Part shown: piece by piece, positions 1-10,850 of the stretch
Position numbering within the stretch: the first letter of the stretch is position 1
Layout: every line of letters starts with the position of its first letter
From: Babesia bigemina
Taxonomy: Eukaryota
Assembly: GCF_000981445.1 (NCBI RefSeq)
Contig: NC_027216.1
Span: 124,001 to 188,000, forward strand
Length of the DNA: 64,000 nucleotides
Direction: 5' to 3'
The notes under the pieces: generated by a model
The model's input: only the letters and a program-made list of their open reading frames with translations
Told to the model about the DNA's origin: nothing
Database searches by the model: none
Made by a program: the position numbers and the translations under genes

Positions 1-1404
1 GTGGTTGAATATTTATTTCACCCACCTTGATGCGAATAGGCCCAGCGCCATCCCCACAGACTACATAAGGGTCAATTATATCATTCCGCGCATTTTACCT
101 GTACAATTGGGGTTCTTCGACAGCTGGATGCATCTGAAGGGTTTCGTGACGTTAGTGGTGTCATACATGAGCATACGGCCTGGTGCCAAAACCGCATCGT
201 CCGCTCCGGCAGCGAGCTTGAGCACCTCCGTAGCCTGCATAGAGGTGTATTTCCACTCCTGAATATCCGCGTTTACCTGCAGGCAACCCAACACCCCGGG
301 TATTGAGCCCAGCACCCCGGCAGTACTGCACGCCCCCCTTCGTGCCGGGATGGATGTATTCCCCTCCAGCGGGCAGACGCAGCGGAAGCACGGCGTCAAA
401 TGTGCATCAACGACGCGATTCAGGACCATAAGTTGGCCTTGAGTCCCAATTGCGCTTGCGATAACGAGCGTCTTGCTGTACTTAACGCAAGCATCGTTGA
501 TGAGGTACCTAGACTGGGGGTTGTCAGTGGCGTCTACGATGATATCGTATTGCGGAATGATGTTTTCCGCCTCGTCTTCACCGCAAAAGCGCTCATATGC
601 GACGTACGTCCCCTGCGAGGCGATGAGCGGTATAGGTCGTCGAGCGCGTGCTCACCCGTGAATTGATCTTCCTCATCCTCGTCACCGCAGACAATGCTTT
701 GTTAATGCCTTGATGTTCTTCGTCGTGAACAATTTGCCTGCGCGCACCATATGCTCAAGTGTCGTCTTTGCTCCCAGTACCTGTGCAGGTTGGATGTCTC
801 TACGACATCTCCGTCCATTACGCCGATGATTCCTACAAGGCCGTGTACAACCATTTCCCAATTATAACGCACCTATCCCTCCAGCGGCGAGGTACATCAG
901 CAGCGGTGAACCCAACCCACCCGCACCTACCACCAGCACCGCGCACGTCGTGGTGGAATCTACAGCGTATTCGCCCTGCGCCGGGCTAGTGCACTGCTGA
1001 AGCGCCACGAACTGCGGCACGAGACGTTCAGCCTCTTGTTGGCTGAGAGCTGTGCAGAATGGCATTTCTGTGCTTGTGCACAGGCTGCTGATCCGTGTCT
1101 TGTGCCGCCTAAGTGGTGCCCACGGCACGCGGAAGAGGAGTGTCTCCTCCGGCGTAGCACGTTGAACATTCCGTTTTCCGGCGCCCAGACAACCATTAGT
1201 TGGTGGGCAGGTGCGGTTGATCTCTTCCGCACGCTTCCTACAGACTTCCACCGTGCTGTCCGTGTTGCAGCTGTCCGAATCGTTTCCGCCACGTGCAACG
1301 TGTACAGCGGCTCCACCCATAAGACCACTTGTAAGGCAACATTCCGCCAATTCCGTGACACATGTGTCGCTCATTACGCGCTCGTCAAAGACGTGGACTG
1401 TCAT
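1..1404 (-). CDS. UBA4: ThiF/E1-like adenylyltransferase-sulfurtransferase (UBA4/MOCS3), multi-exon, 3' end runs off the window
   Basis: Splicing short GT-AG introns (e.g. 872-833, 780-738) joins VLVVGAGGLGSPLLMYLAAGGIG, IIGVMDGDVVETSNLHRQIVH, YDIIVDATDNPQSRYLINDAC, PCFRCVCP, CSTAGVLGSIPGVLGCLQ and ATEVLK, all ThiF/MoeB hallmarks. The start is taken at the first ATG (1404) and is uncertain. Confidence 0.88.
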
Positions 1405-1860
1405 TTTGCAACTGGCCAAGACACATGCTATAGTAGATCTTTCGTTTTGTTTTACGCAAAATAATGCAATTATTAAGCTTCTTAAATGATTGTATTCTAG
1501 GCCATGAGTGTACGTTTTCCCGTGCTGGGGGCAACGTCGCAGATGTGTATAAGGGGCGTCTTAGCCGCCTTCCACGCTTGATAGGCCATAACCGGCTCGT
1601 TAGAGGTCGTTGTATGTGAGGAAGGCTGATGTAACGGTCATCTGGCAGGCAGTGATTATGTGTGCTGTGTGACAGATCGTTTGTCAGCGTGAGCGGCGTC
1701 GTGTTCTTCCGCGCGTGCCGTTCCATGACGGTGTCTGGTTAGTAGGTTGTATTTCACTAGCGCGCCACTGCCCGTAAATTATACAACTAGCGCGAACCCC
1801 TGATTGCGGGGCCACTCGTTTGTTACGCCGTGTCGCTTCTGGCTGTCGTGCGTGAATACC

Positions 1861-4080
1861 ATGCCAGTCAAGGCAAAGCGGAAGTTGCTGAGGGGCGGTG
1901 GGCGCCGCCTGTCCCAAGATTCCGACGATGAGACGCTGGAGGAGAGATTCAACGCCGCATCGCCTTCTGCAACAACGGCGGACAGCATCGATTCGGACGC
2001 CCCTTCCATGAAGCGCGCCGCCACCGCCCGCCACAAAGTGAGATTTTCGCCTCGTTTGATGTCTGCGAAGTTCTTGGAGAGTTTCATAACCCATTTCAGC
2101 CCCGAGGAGCTTGCGGCGAAACGCACCGTCGAAACCATATACAAGAGCAGCAGCTCGTTTTCGTACACCTACCACAGCCTGCAGCAAAGCTTGTTTTCGG
2201 GTAAATTCGACTCAGCTGCGTTGCTTTCGTTCTTCAAAGCGCTCTCCGTGGTTGCGGACGAGCAAGTGTTGCGTTCGCTGCTGTCGAGTAACACTGCGCG
2301 TGCCAACGTTGATAAAGCCAAGCCATCGCCAGTGGCATCCTCAACCCTGCGCAACTATGAGGTGCTGCTGGTAGGCGCTGTAAAGAAGCTACAGGAGGTA
2401 CTGGTGGTTGACCATAGCGCCACTGGGTGGCGCATGTTGATGTCGTGTCTGAGGTGCCTGGTGCTGGATGGGCTTTTGCCGGAGATGCGCTCCCTTTTCA
2501 AGATGCTGTTCGGCGATTCCGAATTAGGCTACGAAAAGTTGCGGAAGTATCTGGAGCAGTTGAAGGGCATGGTGAAATCGTTGGATTTCGACATTCCCCC
2601 TGCTACCGACAAGGCGAAACGCAGATGCGTGGTGGACGGCAACCCCAACGTCGCGGAGTGCCTCGGTGTGGTGGACCAAATCGCGGAGATTTTGTCATAT
2701 CTAAGGGGCGTTTTTCGTAATGTGACTACTGCAGTGGCCAATCGTCCTGAATCTGAGGGCCTAGAGTCTTTGCTTCAGGCGGCTGAGTCGCATTTGGTGG
2801 CCCCGCAAGGAAAGAGCGTGGACAGCGGTGCGCATAGTTCTCCGTCCAACTCCCGCGCCGCCCATGTGGATGGGTCTGCTCAAGAGGCGGCAGGGGCCGC
2901 CTCCGAAGACGACGGCGTGAACGTGGACTTCAAGGTGGAGTGCCTGAGGCTGCTCCTGAGCGTCGATTGCTGCTCCAGCCTCGGCGACGTGGACCTGCCT
3001 GACAGCGGTTTCATTCGCGAGAAGTTCGAGCACATCTGCACTGTGTTCGATGAGAACCGCCGCCGTCAGCGTGAGCAACAGGCCGAGATGGCGAAGAAGA
3101 GCAAGCTGAAACGTGACGCGGTGTCGTATGTTCTTGCGCGTGTGGCGGAGTCGGAGAGCGCCAGTGCGCCGCCTGGCATTCGCCACCCCTTCTACATCCT
3201 CGGCATACCGCCTTCACGGTGCTCGGAAGAAGTGTTGCGCAAGTGCGGGCGCAAGCTCAAGACGCTGCTTCACCCAGACACCGAGCACGATGCCGAGTGG
3301 AAGGCCATGGCGGAGCGCGCCTTCAAGGAGGCATCGTTGGCCCTGGAGAAGTGCGCTGCGATGGGTGGTGCCATCCACAATTCCGTGGGGTTGCGCATGG
3401 GTACGCAGCCGCCGTTCGCTGCTTTCATCGGGCTGGTAGCTGCAAGCAGCGGCGACGAGGAGCCCTCCAGCACCGCAGCTGCTGCTGCCCAATCGTCTGC
3501 GAACGTTTTGGTGGCGCCAAGCCTGGTGTTGATGCCGTCGTTCACCCTGAGCTGCATGGACAGCAAGGCGGGTTCCATTGCTGTGTCTTTGGACCCTTCA
3601 TTGTACTCGATGAGCGGCTTTTCGAAGCTGGGCAAGAACAAACACCTGGTGGTGTACATGCACCGCCCTATGCACGGCGACGAGCCATCTTCCTTCCGCG
3701 TCCACCCAACTTGTGTCTTCGATGTGCGCCGCGTGGCAGTGCCCGAATCCTCCCATGGCAAGCAGATCTGCGTGAAGATGGATGCTGTGCAACCCATTGT
3801 TTTCGGCAGCGCTTGGCGTTATTTCGTTGGCGTTCAGTTGGAGGGTGACCTCGGTTCGTCGTTGGTGACGTGGCGCGGCGTGTACGTCGAATTGGCCACC
3901 AAGGGCCGCACGTCGTCTCATGTTTGCAAGCTGCTAAACACGTACGTCGGCGCGCCGTTCGTGAACCAGTCCGCCCTTCGGAGCCACATGGAGCGTTGCC
4001 GTGAGGGCGTGAAAGCGGACGCGGAGTTGTTCTTGCACGAATGCGCAAGGTCGGCGCAGCGCTGGGCCGACGGCCAGTGA
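1861..4080 (+). CDS. Large protein with an internal J-domain (DnaJ-like, class C)
   Basis: Long single ORF with first ATG at 1861. The segment HPFYILGIPPSRCSEEVLRKCGRKLKTLLHPD...AERAFKEASLALE (~3181-3350) fits the J-domain helix pattern with an intact HPD motif. Confidence 0.75.
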   Translation: MPVKAKRKLLRGGGRRLSQDSDDETLEERFNAASPSATTADSIDSDAPSMKRAATARHKVRFSPRLMSAKFLESFITHFSPEELAAKRTVETIYKSSSSFSYTYHSLQQSLFSGKFDSAALLSFFKALSVVADEQVLRSLLSSNTARANVDKAKPSPVASSTLRNYEVLLVGAVKKLQEVLVVDHSATGWRMLMSCLRCLVLDGLLPEMRSLFKMLFGDSELGYEKLRKYLEQLKGMVKSLDFDIPPATDKAKRRCVVDGNPNVAECLGVVDQIAEILSYLRGVFRNVTTAVANRPESEGLESLLQAAESHLVAPQGKSVDSGAHSSPSNSRAAHVDGSAQEAAGAASEDDGVNVDFKVECLRLLLSVDCCSSLGDVDLPDSGFIREKFEHICTVFDENRRRQREQQAEMAKKSKLKRDAVSYVLARVAESESASAPPGIRHPFYILGIPPSRCSEEVLRKCGRKLKTLLHPDTEHDAEWKAMAERAFKEASLALEKCAAMGGAIHNSVGLRMGTQPPFAAFIGLVAASSGDEEPSSTAAAAAQSSANVLVAPSLVLMPSFTLSCMDSKAGSIAVSLDPSLYSMSGFSKLGKNKHLVVYMHRPMHGDEPSSFRVHPTCVFDVRRVAVPESSHGKQICVKMDAVQPIVFGSAWRYFVGVQLEGDLGSSLVTWRGVYVELATKGRTSSHVCKLLNTYVGAPFVNQSALRSHMERCREGVKADAELFLHECARSAQRWADGQ

Positions 4081-4216
4081 GCTGCTGGTGGCATGTAAGC
4101 GTGACTTTAATAGGTGGTTACGGCCGAGGGTATTTCGCCGCCAAACCCAGCCACGTAATATGAGTCTTAAAATAGCGTTAAATTGATTTGCGTTGACTGC
4201 GTCGTCGGTTCTCCGC

Positions 4217-5696
4217 CTAGGCCCACATGGTGATTGGCCGCATGACCTTGATGGCAATGTTGTCGTTGGAATTCCGCGGCTGGTAGATGACGGCGTCGAA
4301 CACCGTGACGTAGCGCACCACATAGAAGAAGATGACGATTAGCGCGTTGAACACGGTGCCCATGATGTTGAATAGCATGAGGAACTTGTAGAGGTCGCTG
4401 GGATTCACGGTGTCGAATAGTGGCTCATAGGCTTCAGGCAGCCTTCCGAGGCAACCAACAAGTTGCGGAGAGTTCCAGTCAACCTTTGCTGCGCTCATGA
4501 CAGTTGCTGCTGCACGCAGTTTTACCTTCGTTGGTGAATACTTTGGCCAGCGCATTGCACACTGCGATGTCCTCTATGGTGCACCCCTTGTCTTCATCGG
4601 AGAGCGCGAGGAATATGATCCGCTTTTTGATGAGGTATTGCGGGTTGTTGCATTCCCTGATCTCTTTCCTGGTCGTGATGGTGAAGTTGAGCTTGCACGC
4701 TGCATAGCATTGAGGAACAAGTTAAACGTTACTCAACGCCCATGGCAGACACCCCCGCATGCCTCAGGCGCTCAACCATCGTAATATGGAATCAGCAATG
4801 GCGGTATATGTCAACACATTAACCGCAGAAATTGCAAAGTGATGGTACGGACGTGGTCCACTATACCATGCGGGTGACGAGGGCCACATGCGTTACCGGG
4901 GTATATCGCTTGCCGACGAACGCCGGAGTCATTATATAGATCATAGTAAATACAATGCACATTAGCCGCTGGTGCGGACTCACCTGCTCGCTGCTGGTGG
5001 ATTATCCGGCAATTCTTGACCGCGTTAACGGCGGACTCGTTGAACCGATTGAAGCACCACTGCCGGCTGTTGGCCAAGGTCCAGACCAAGCATGCGAATT
5101 GTAACGAGACCAGTGCGAACATCAGCATTCCGGCCATCGAGGGAAGCCACTTGATTGTGAACCCCAATATGTTTATGAGCCTCTTGGAGTAGGTGCAATC
5201 CGCGAGCGAGTAATTCGAGAACAGATTGCAGAGCCTTCCCAGAAGGATTGTGACCAGCAGCAGCGCACCTGCATGTTATATGTACTTACGGATATTATGA
5301 ATACGACGGTTGTGCACTTTCGCAATCACTGTTTTGTTTGAGGTGACCTCCCAGCCTCACGCTCGGCAACTGAGGCGCCCAAAGCTGCACTTTTGACGGC
5401 GACACCTACCTATCAAAATCATTTGTATCATATAACACAGAATGATGTATCTGGAGCTCCTGGCGGAGCAACTGTAGTTCACGAAGAAGTTATAGTTCCT
5501 GAGGAGGTGGTGCAATGCGAATGTCAATACCAGCGCTGCGCAAGGTGGCTATTGCAGTGATGGTGCGCCTACCAACGACAAGGATCCAGCTGACACAGTT
5601 GTAGAAAAGGCTTGCCCGCCACAGGTATCTGCGGCGTTGCCACTTCATCCGGAAGCCGGTGAATACGTGAATGCAGCGTCGCCATGGCCCAACCAT
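4217..5696 (-). CDS. Multi-exon integral membrane protein of unknown function with a Cys-rich loop
   Basis: ORF pieces 5490-5696, 4811-5167 and 4217-4555 join across GT-AG introns. They give several hydrophobic helices (VSWILVV-LVLTFALHHL, IILCYMIQMILI-ALLLVTILL, MLMFALVSLQFACLVWTL, FLMLFNIMGTVFNALIVIFFYVV). Exact exon boundaries are only partly resolved. Confidence 0.65.
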
Positions 5697-6285
5697 TGTG
5701 AAGCACCGAACGGCCCTAGACGCACATTCAGCTACAATATAGAGACTAAGTGCTCCCAGGCACGGTGCTCAGATGGTCGCCTTATACAGGCGGCCAGTTT
5801 GGTGAATTTTTGCACAATGTGCAACTATGTTATATGGGTTTAGGGTCGCATCCGTTCCGTCCATAACATGCTACGTGGTGTAAACATCAACGGCCTAGCA
5901 ATAGAAACATCTCAATGTGCCCTTCTGGCGACGCCACTGATGCAGGAGGAACAGGCTCGTGGCACGTGTACTCTCAGACACCAATACTGGCTCTTAGTGC
6001 GCCGCAAAGTAACAATATGCGCTCAGAGTGCTCACAATACGCGACAATACCCCAAATATAGATACCAGGACAAATATTTGCGCAGGCACGATGCGTCCGA
6101 ATTGCTCAACGTCATTTGACTTCATGGTTGCCACATTGCGCATAAAAATTGCTCATCATGTTGACATCAATAAATGATTGTTAACCTCATAATTGGCATA
6201 CTCATAATGGAAAAAAAATAAAGCTTAAACGCCGAGCCGGTCCACCCTGCAGACGCCTTTAAGATATAAACGGTGAGCACAAAAA

Positions 6286-6734
6286 TCGCCGTGTCACATT
6301 GCCACATCTATTTTCCATATCGTAGCACTTGCTGTTTCACGAGATAGACACTACGTGGCTCCATCTCATGGTCGCCGGCCAGCGTGTGTGGCGGCAGAGC
6401 ATCGAACGGTGACGCTTGCGGCTGCGGGGCATAACCTGCGCCATACGCGCCGGTCAAAGATTAAATTTTGTTTGTAATATGCCCGTATTTGTTTCGTTAG
6501 TTAGATCACGGTGTCTGCGACGTTAATGCAGACCTTCGACCTTCCGAAACAACGGCAACTGTGATTCTTCGGTTATACTGGGCGTACGAAGCTCGTTCCG
6601 GCTGCTTTAGCATTGCCGTAAATTATGAATAATGATTCGGGCAATTACAGCAGGCGCTATCCGCCGCTTTTGTGGAATCTTTAGTCTGGGTCCCGGGGTT
6701 GGGTCATGCATGACGTGGATTCTGCATGGCGGTC
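6286..6734 (+). repeat. Copy 1 of a ~450-bp near-identical duplicated upstream block
   Basis: Matches 8448-8896 almost base for base at an offset of 2162 bp, the same offset as between the two kinase ATGs (6895 and 9057). Confidence 0.95.
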
Positions 6735-6894
6735 CCATGAACCCGGCATGTTGGAAATCCGCCGACGTTCGGTTATTCAACGCGGTTTCAGGGTAACTTG
6801 TGATCGACACATTTTGTCGGTTTAATACCGCGATTTCTGTGGTTACCTGTGTTGCCGTCATATATACCGGTAGATCATCTGACCGCACGTCACA

Positions 6895-7998
6895 ATGAAC
6901 GGATCTTACCTTTTCGCTGCTTTCGCCGCTTTGGTGGCTGTGGCTTCCGCCGCTGCCCATGATAGGAATCTCACTGGCAAGGAAATGGTGGAGAAGGGAT
7001 CTCCTCGCCTGCTGTTCGCCGGCAACGCCTCCCTTGACCTCTTCGCTGCTGTTGACGAGTCTGTCATCAAGTCCCTTGACAAGTCCAAGGCTAGGCCTAA
7101 GGGTATTACCATGAAATCTATTAAGAAGGTTGCTGACAAGATTCTTATCGACACTAAGACCCCTACTGAGCCCTCCGCCAACGCCGCGCGCGCCTACGCT
7201 TACTGCGGTGGCAAGGCCGCCTACTTCGGCGTCCTCGGTAAGGATGATTTGGCCGACGAATTCGACAACTACCTTACCTACAACGGCGTTGAAATGAAGA
7301 CCATCCGCAGGCCGGACATGCACACCAGCCGCCTCTACGCCTTGGCCACCCCTGATGGCATGTACAACAAGTACTACCTGCCCGGTGCCGCCGAGACCCT
7401 CACTGTCGACGACTTGGACGAGTCGATCATGGACAAGTTCGACTTCTACGTTGTTAACGGTTTCATGTTGGGTTCCCCTGCCACCGTTGAGTTCACCAAC
7501 AAGATGGTCGACGCTGCCCTTAGCCGTGGCAAGAAGATCATTACCCTGTTCGCCAACACTGTGTGCGTCAAGAAGTACGGTGATCTCTTGAAGCCCATTG
7601 CTGAGAAATCTGCTTACTTGAGTGGTAACCTTGAGGAGTACTTGAGGCTTTACAACTTTGACACTGCGGAGGAGCTCTTCGAGTACTTCGAGGACCTAAC
7701 CTCTGTTAAGAAGCTCCAGCACAAGACCGTTATTATCACTATGGGAACCAACGGTGCTGTCATTATTTTCCGTGGCAGGCGTTTCGAGATTCCGGCCACT
7801 GGCGTTACCCTCATCAACACCACTGGTGCTGGTGACTTCTTCGCCGGTGCTATGCTGTACGGTCTTCTCAACGGATACTCTATCTACCAGGCTGGTGAAT
7901 TCGCTCGCGCTATTGTCGGCGACGTCCTCTCGAAAATGAGCAGGAGGATCGGAGACGGTATTCGCCACCAGATTAACCACATCAAGAATGCTGCCTAA
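6895..7998 (+). CDS. PfkB/ribokinase-family kinase, adenosine-kinase-like, with N-terminal signal peptide
   Basis: Motifs GNASLD, FGVLGKDDLA, GNLEE (NxxE), ITMGTNGA and NTTGAGDFFAGAMLYGL. Hydrophobic N-terminus MNGSYLFAAFAALVAVASA. Intronless with strongly biased codons. Confidence 0.88.
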   Translation: MNGSYLFAAFAALVAVASAAAHDRNLTGKEMVEKGSPRLLFAGNASLDLFAAVDESVIKSLDKSKARPKGITMKSIKKVADKILIDTKTPTEPSANAARAYAYCGGKAAYFGVLGKDDLADEFDNYLTYNGVEMKTIRRPDMHTSRLYALATPDGMYNKYYLPGAAETLTVDDLDESIMDKFDFYVVNGFMLGSPATVEFTNKMVDAALSRGKKIITLFANTVCVKKYGDLLKPIAEKSAYLSGNLEEYLRLYNFDTAEELFEYFEDLTSVKKLQHKTVIITMGTNGAVIIFRGRRFEIPATGVTLINTTGAGDFFAGAMLYGLLNGYSIYQAGEFARAIVGDVLSKMSRRIGDGIRHQINHIKNAA

Positions 7999-8447
7999 GC
8001 GAATATCGAATGCAATAAATGCAGAGTTATAAGGATGTGAACTCTTGTAGCCTTAGTGCGACTGCGTTATAAAAACTGCGTCGTCACATGAGACATTGAT
8101 GTAAGCATCACATTAAAGGTTGAATTCACAGTGGTCGTACGTGTTGGTCGCTACGATCGCGTGGTTGAACATGCGTTAAAACCACATTAGAATGACTTAT
8201 TGCTCTTTCGTGATTGTATGGGTCACTGATGGTATAGCTGCTGCGCCCCGTGCGTTGCAATGGCAGTAAGCGTGGCGTTCTGCGTGCTACATCGTATTAT
8301 AGCCCTATGGCCGTAGAGCTGTGCAGTCTGACAGATTGACGGTCCACATTTAAAGCCACGTGGCGCCGCGATGCACTTGTTCAGCCTTCTAACTACTCAG
8401 CTGCTGTAAATGACCAACTCTATGAGCACTCATAGAGCGCGGAATGG

Positions 8448-8896
8448 TCGCCGTATCACATTGTCACATCTATTTTCCAAATCATGGCCGTTGCTGTTTC
8501 ACGAGATAGACACTACGTGGCTGCATCTCATGGTCGCCGGCCAGCGTGTGTGGCGGCAGAGCATCGAACGGTGACGCTTGCGGCTGCGGGGCATAACCTG
8601 CGCCATACGAGCCGGTCAAAGATTAAACTTTGTTTGTAATATACCCGTATTTGTTTCGTTAGTTAGATCACGGTGTCTGCGACGTTAATGCAGACCTTCG
8701 ACCTTCCGTAACAACGGCAACTGTGATTCTTCGGTTATACTGGGCGTACGAAGCTCGTTCCGGCTGCTTTAGCATTGCCGTAAATTATGAATAATGATTC
8801 GGGCAATTACAGCAGGCGCTATCCGCCGCTTTTGTGGAATCTTTAGTCTGGGTCCCGGGGTTGGGTCATGCATGACGTGGATTCTGCATGGCGGTC
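8448..8896 (+). repeat. Copy 2 of the ~450-bp duplicated upstream block
   Basis: Near-identical to 6286-6734; weaker similarity continues up to the ATG (...cacaatgaac in both copies). Confidence 0.95.
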
Positions 8897-9056
8897 GTAT
8901 GAACTCGGTGTGTTGGCTGCTCGCGACCGCGTGATACTTCCGCTGGGATTCAGCTTGTTTTAATATTTTCATATTTCGTCATTTTAGTGCCGCAATTTCT
9001 GTGGTAGCCTTTGTTGCAGTCAAATATATTGGCAGACGATCTGATCGCACATCACA

Positions 9057-10154
9057 ATGAACGCCTCTATCGTCTTCGCAGCCGTCGCTGGCGTCTTCGC
9101 CGCGTCGTTCTCTAGCGCTGATGCTTTCCTTTTGAATGGCACTGAGGTCATGGAGGATGGTCCCACCAGCATCCTCTTCGCCGGTGATGCCTTCATGAGC
9201 ATTGGCGCTCGCGTCAGCAACGAGATTCTCGAGCAGTTCAACACGGCCAGGGACGACAAGACGAAGCCTGTGCACGAGCTCTTCGAGGCTATTGAGACCA
9301 AGTCCGACATCCTGTACGAGCGCCCCGGTGACCTCTCCGCCACCGCCGCACTTGTGTACTCTAAGCTCGGTGGCCAGGTCGGTTTCATCGGCATCGTTGG
9401 TGACGACGATATGGGCGACAAGTTCAACGACTACATGGGCGACAACGATGTGGAGGTGCGCACCATCCGCAGGGGCGGCAATTACACCAGCCGGCTTTAC
9501 TCCCTGGTCGATGAGAACGGCAGCTACAACGTGTTCAAGGCCGTGGGAGCCTGCGACACCGTCTCTGCCGCTGACGTTGACCCCTTCTTGATGGACTACT
9601 ACGACTTCTTCGCCGTCACCACCGACATGCTCCGCACCGCTGGCCGCACTGGCTTCACTGCCAAGATGGTCGACGCCGCCATCAACCGTGGCCAGAAGAT
9701 CATCACCATCCTGACGGACGTCGTGTTCGGTGACTACGACTCTGAGATGCTGAAGGTGATTTTGCACAACTCTGAGTACGTCGTCGGCAGCATGGAACAG
9801 TTCATTGCCATCTACAAGGTCTCCAGCAGGGACGAGGTGGCTGACATCCTCCACGAGAAGACCTCTGGCGACGAGCCTGACCACGAGGTTATGCTCGTGA
9901 CCTTGGGCGCTGAAGGTTTCGCGCTCTTCTACGACAGCGAGTACATCTACGTGCCCGCGCCCGAGGTGGCTGTCCAGAGGGCCGACGCCGACGACTACTT
10001 CATTGGCGCCATGCTGTACGGTATGCTCAACGGCCGCAAGTTGGCTGAGACCATCCAGTACGCCCGCGCTGTTGTGACGGACGTCTGCTCCGACATTAGC
10101 GCGCCCCTGAGCGACAACTTCTACAACCTCATCACCGACATCCCCAGGATCTGA
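9057..10154 (+). CDS. PfkB/adenosine-kinase paralog with signal peptide and degenerate catalytic motifs (probable pseudokinase)
   Basis: Collinear with 6895-7998 (ILFAG, TSRLY, KMVDAA.NRG.KIIT, GAMLYG.LNG), but GNASLD is GDAFMS, GNLEE is GSMEQ and NTTGAGD is QRADADD. The ORF is intact. Confidence 0.85.
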   Translation: MNASIVFAAVAGVFAASFSSADAFLLNGTEVMEDGPTSILFAGDAFMSIGARVSNEILEQFNTARDDKTKPVHELFEAIETKSDILYERPGDLSATAALVYSKLGGQVGFIGIVGDDDMGDKFNDYMGDNDVEVRTIRRGGNYTSRLYSLVDENGSYNVFKAVGACDTVSAADVDPFLMDYYDFFAVTTDMLRTAGRTGFTAKMVDAAINRGQKIITILTDVVFGDYDSEMLKVILHNSEYVVGSMEQFIAIYKVSSRDEVADILHEKTSGDEPDHEVMLVTLGAEGFALFYDSEYIYVPAPEVAVQRADADDYFIGAMLYGMLNGRKLAETIQYARAVVTDVCSDISAPLSDNFYNLITDIPRI

Positions 10155-10428
10155 ACTCCGCCTCCGCAGAAACGGGGAGTTGCAGCCCTTTACCCAACAC
10201 CCCAGTAACACGATAGCGGGTGTTGCATACATTATCAACAAGTGTTAGTAAAGCAATCGTGTAGTCACGTCGATCGTTGTTTTCGTGAGGCGCGCTTCGT
10301 CGTCACCCCGGGGCGGTCACGAGCTGCTGGCCGACAAGCAGTGCGATATTACTTGGTGTTGTGTCTGCGTGGCTCCGCGCCACACGCCGGGCACCTCCTC
10401 CAGGTCAGCGCCATGTTGGTCCAGCAGC

Positions 10429-10850
10429 TCAGTGGCCACCGGTTTGCTGGACCATGGCGTCGATGATGTCCCCGTCTTCGATCCCCAGGTCCTCGGCGGT
10501 TGCGTCGCCCTTTATGCGGTCGCCGTCGAAGAGGAAGCGCACTGCACAGTGGTTAATCTCGGTTAGGCAAAAGCGTAATTAAAGCAACGCTGCGTGGTAC
10601 GCGGCGCGGAGACTGACCTGCGTCAGGCGACTGTCCGAGCCTGCTGCAGTAGGTGGTCATGAGCTTCTCGAGCTTGGTCTTCCTCTTGATTTTGAAGTAG
10701 ACCTCGGAGCCATCCTGCGCGCCGTTAGGCAGTGCAACTAAATCGGCTGCCGCCGCACTGGCGCCGGCGATCTGCGCTTCATCCACTTACCGGCGACCTG
10801 ACCTTGATCTGGATGTGCTCCGACACACTCGGCTCGCTAGAATCCGCCAT
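10429..10850 (-). CDS. SUMO: Small ubiquitin-like modifier (SUMO), 3 exons
   Basis: Exons 10850-10791, 10714-10618 and 10541-10429 give an 89-aa protein: MADSSEPSVSEHIQIKVRSPDGSEVYFKIKRKTKLEKLMTTYCSRLGQSPDAVRFLFDGDRI...IIDAMVQQTGGH*, with the QQTGG di-glycine. Confidence 0.96.

Noticed and set aside
6607..10241. Long antisense ORFs 6607-7323 and 8979-10241, and ORF 8769-8972 sharing a C-terminus with 6607-7323
   Set aside because: The long ones are shadows of the codon-biased kinase genes, and the shared peptide simply reflects the DNA duplication. None has a recognisable motif.
1..10850. UBA4-like E1 and SUMO as a linked conjugation system
   Set aside because: UBA4/MOCS3 activates Urm1-type proteins, not SUMO, and four unrelated genes lie between them.
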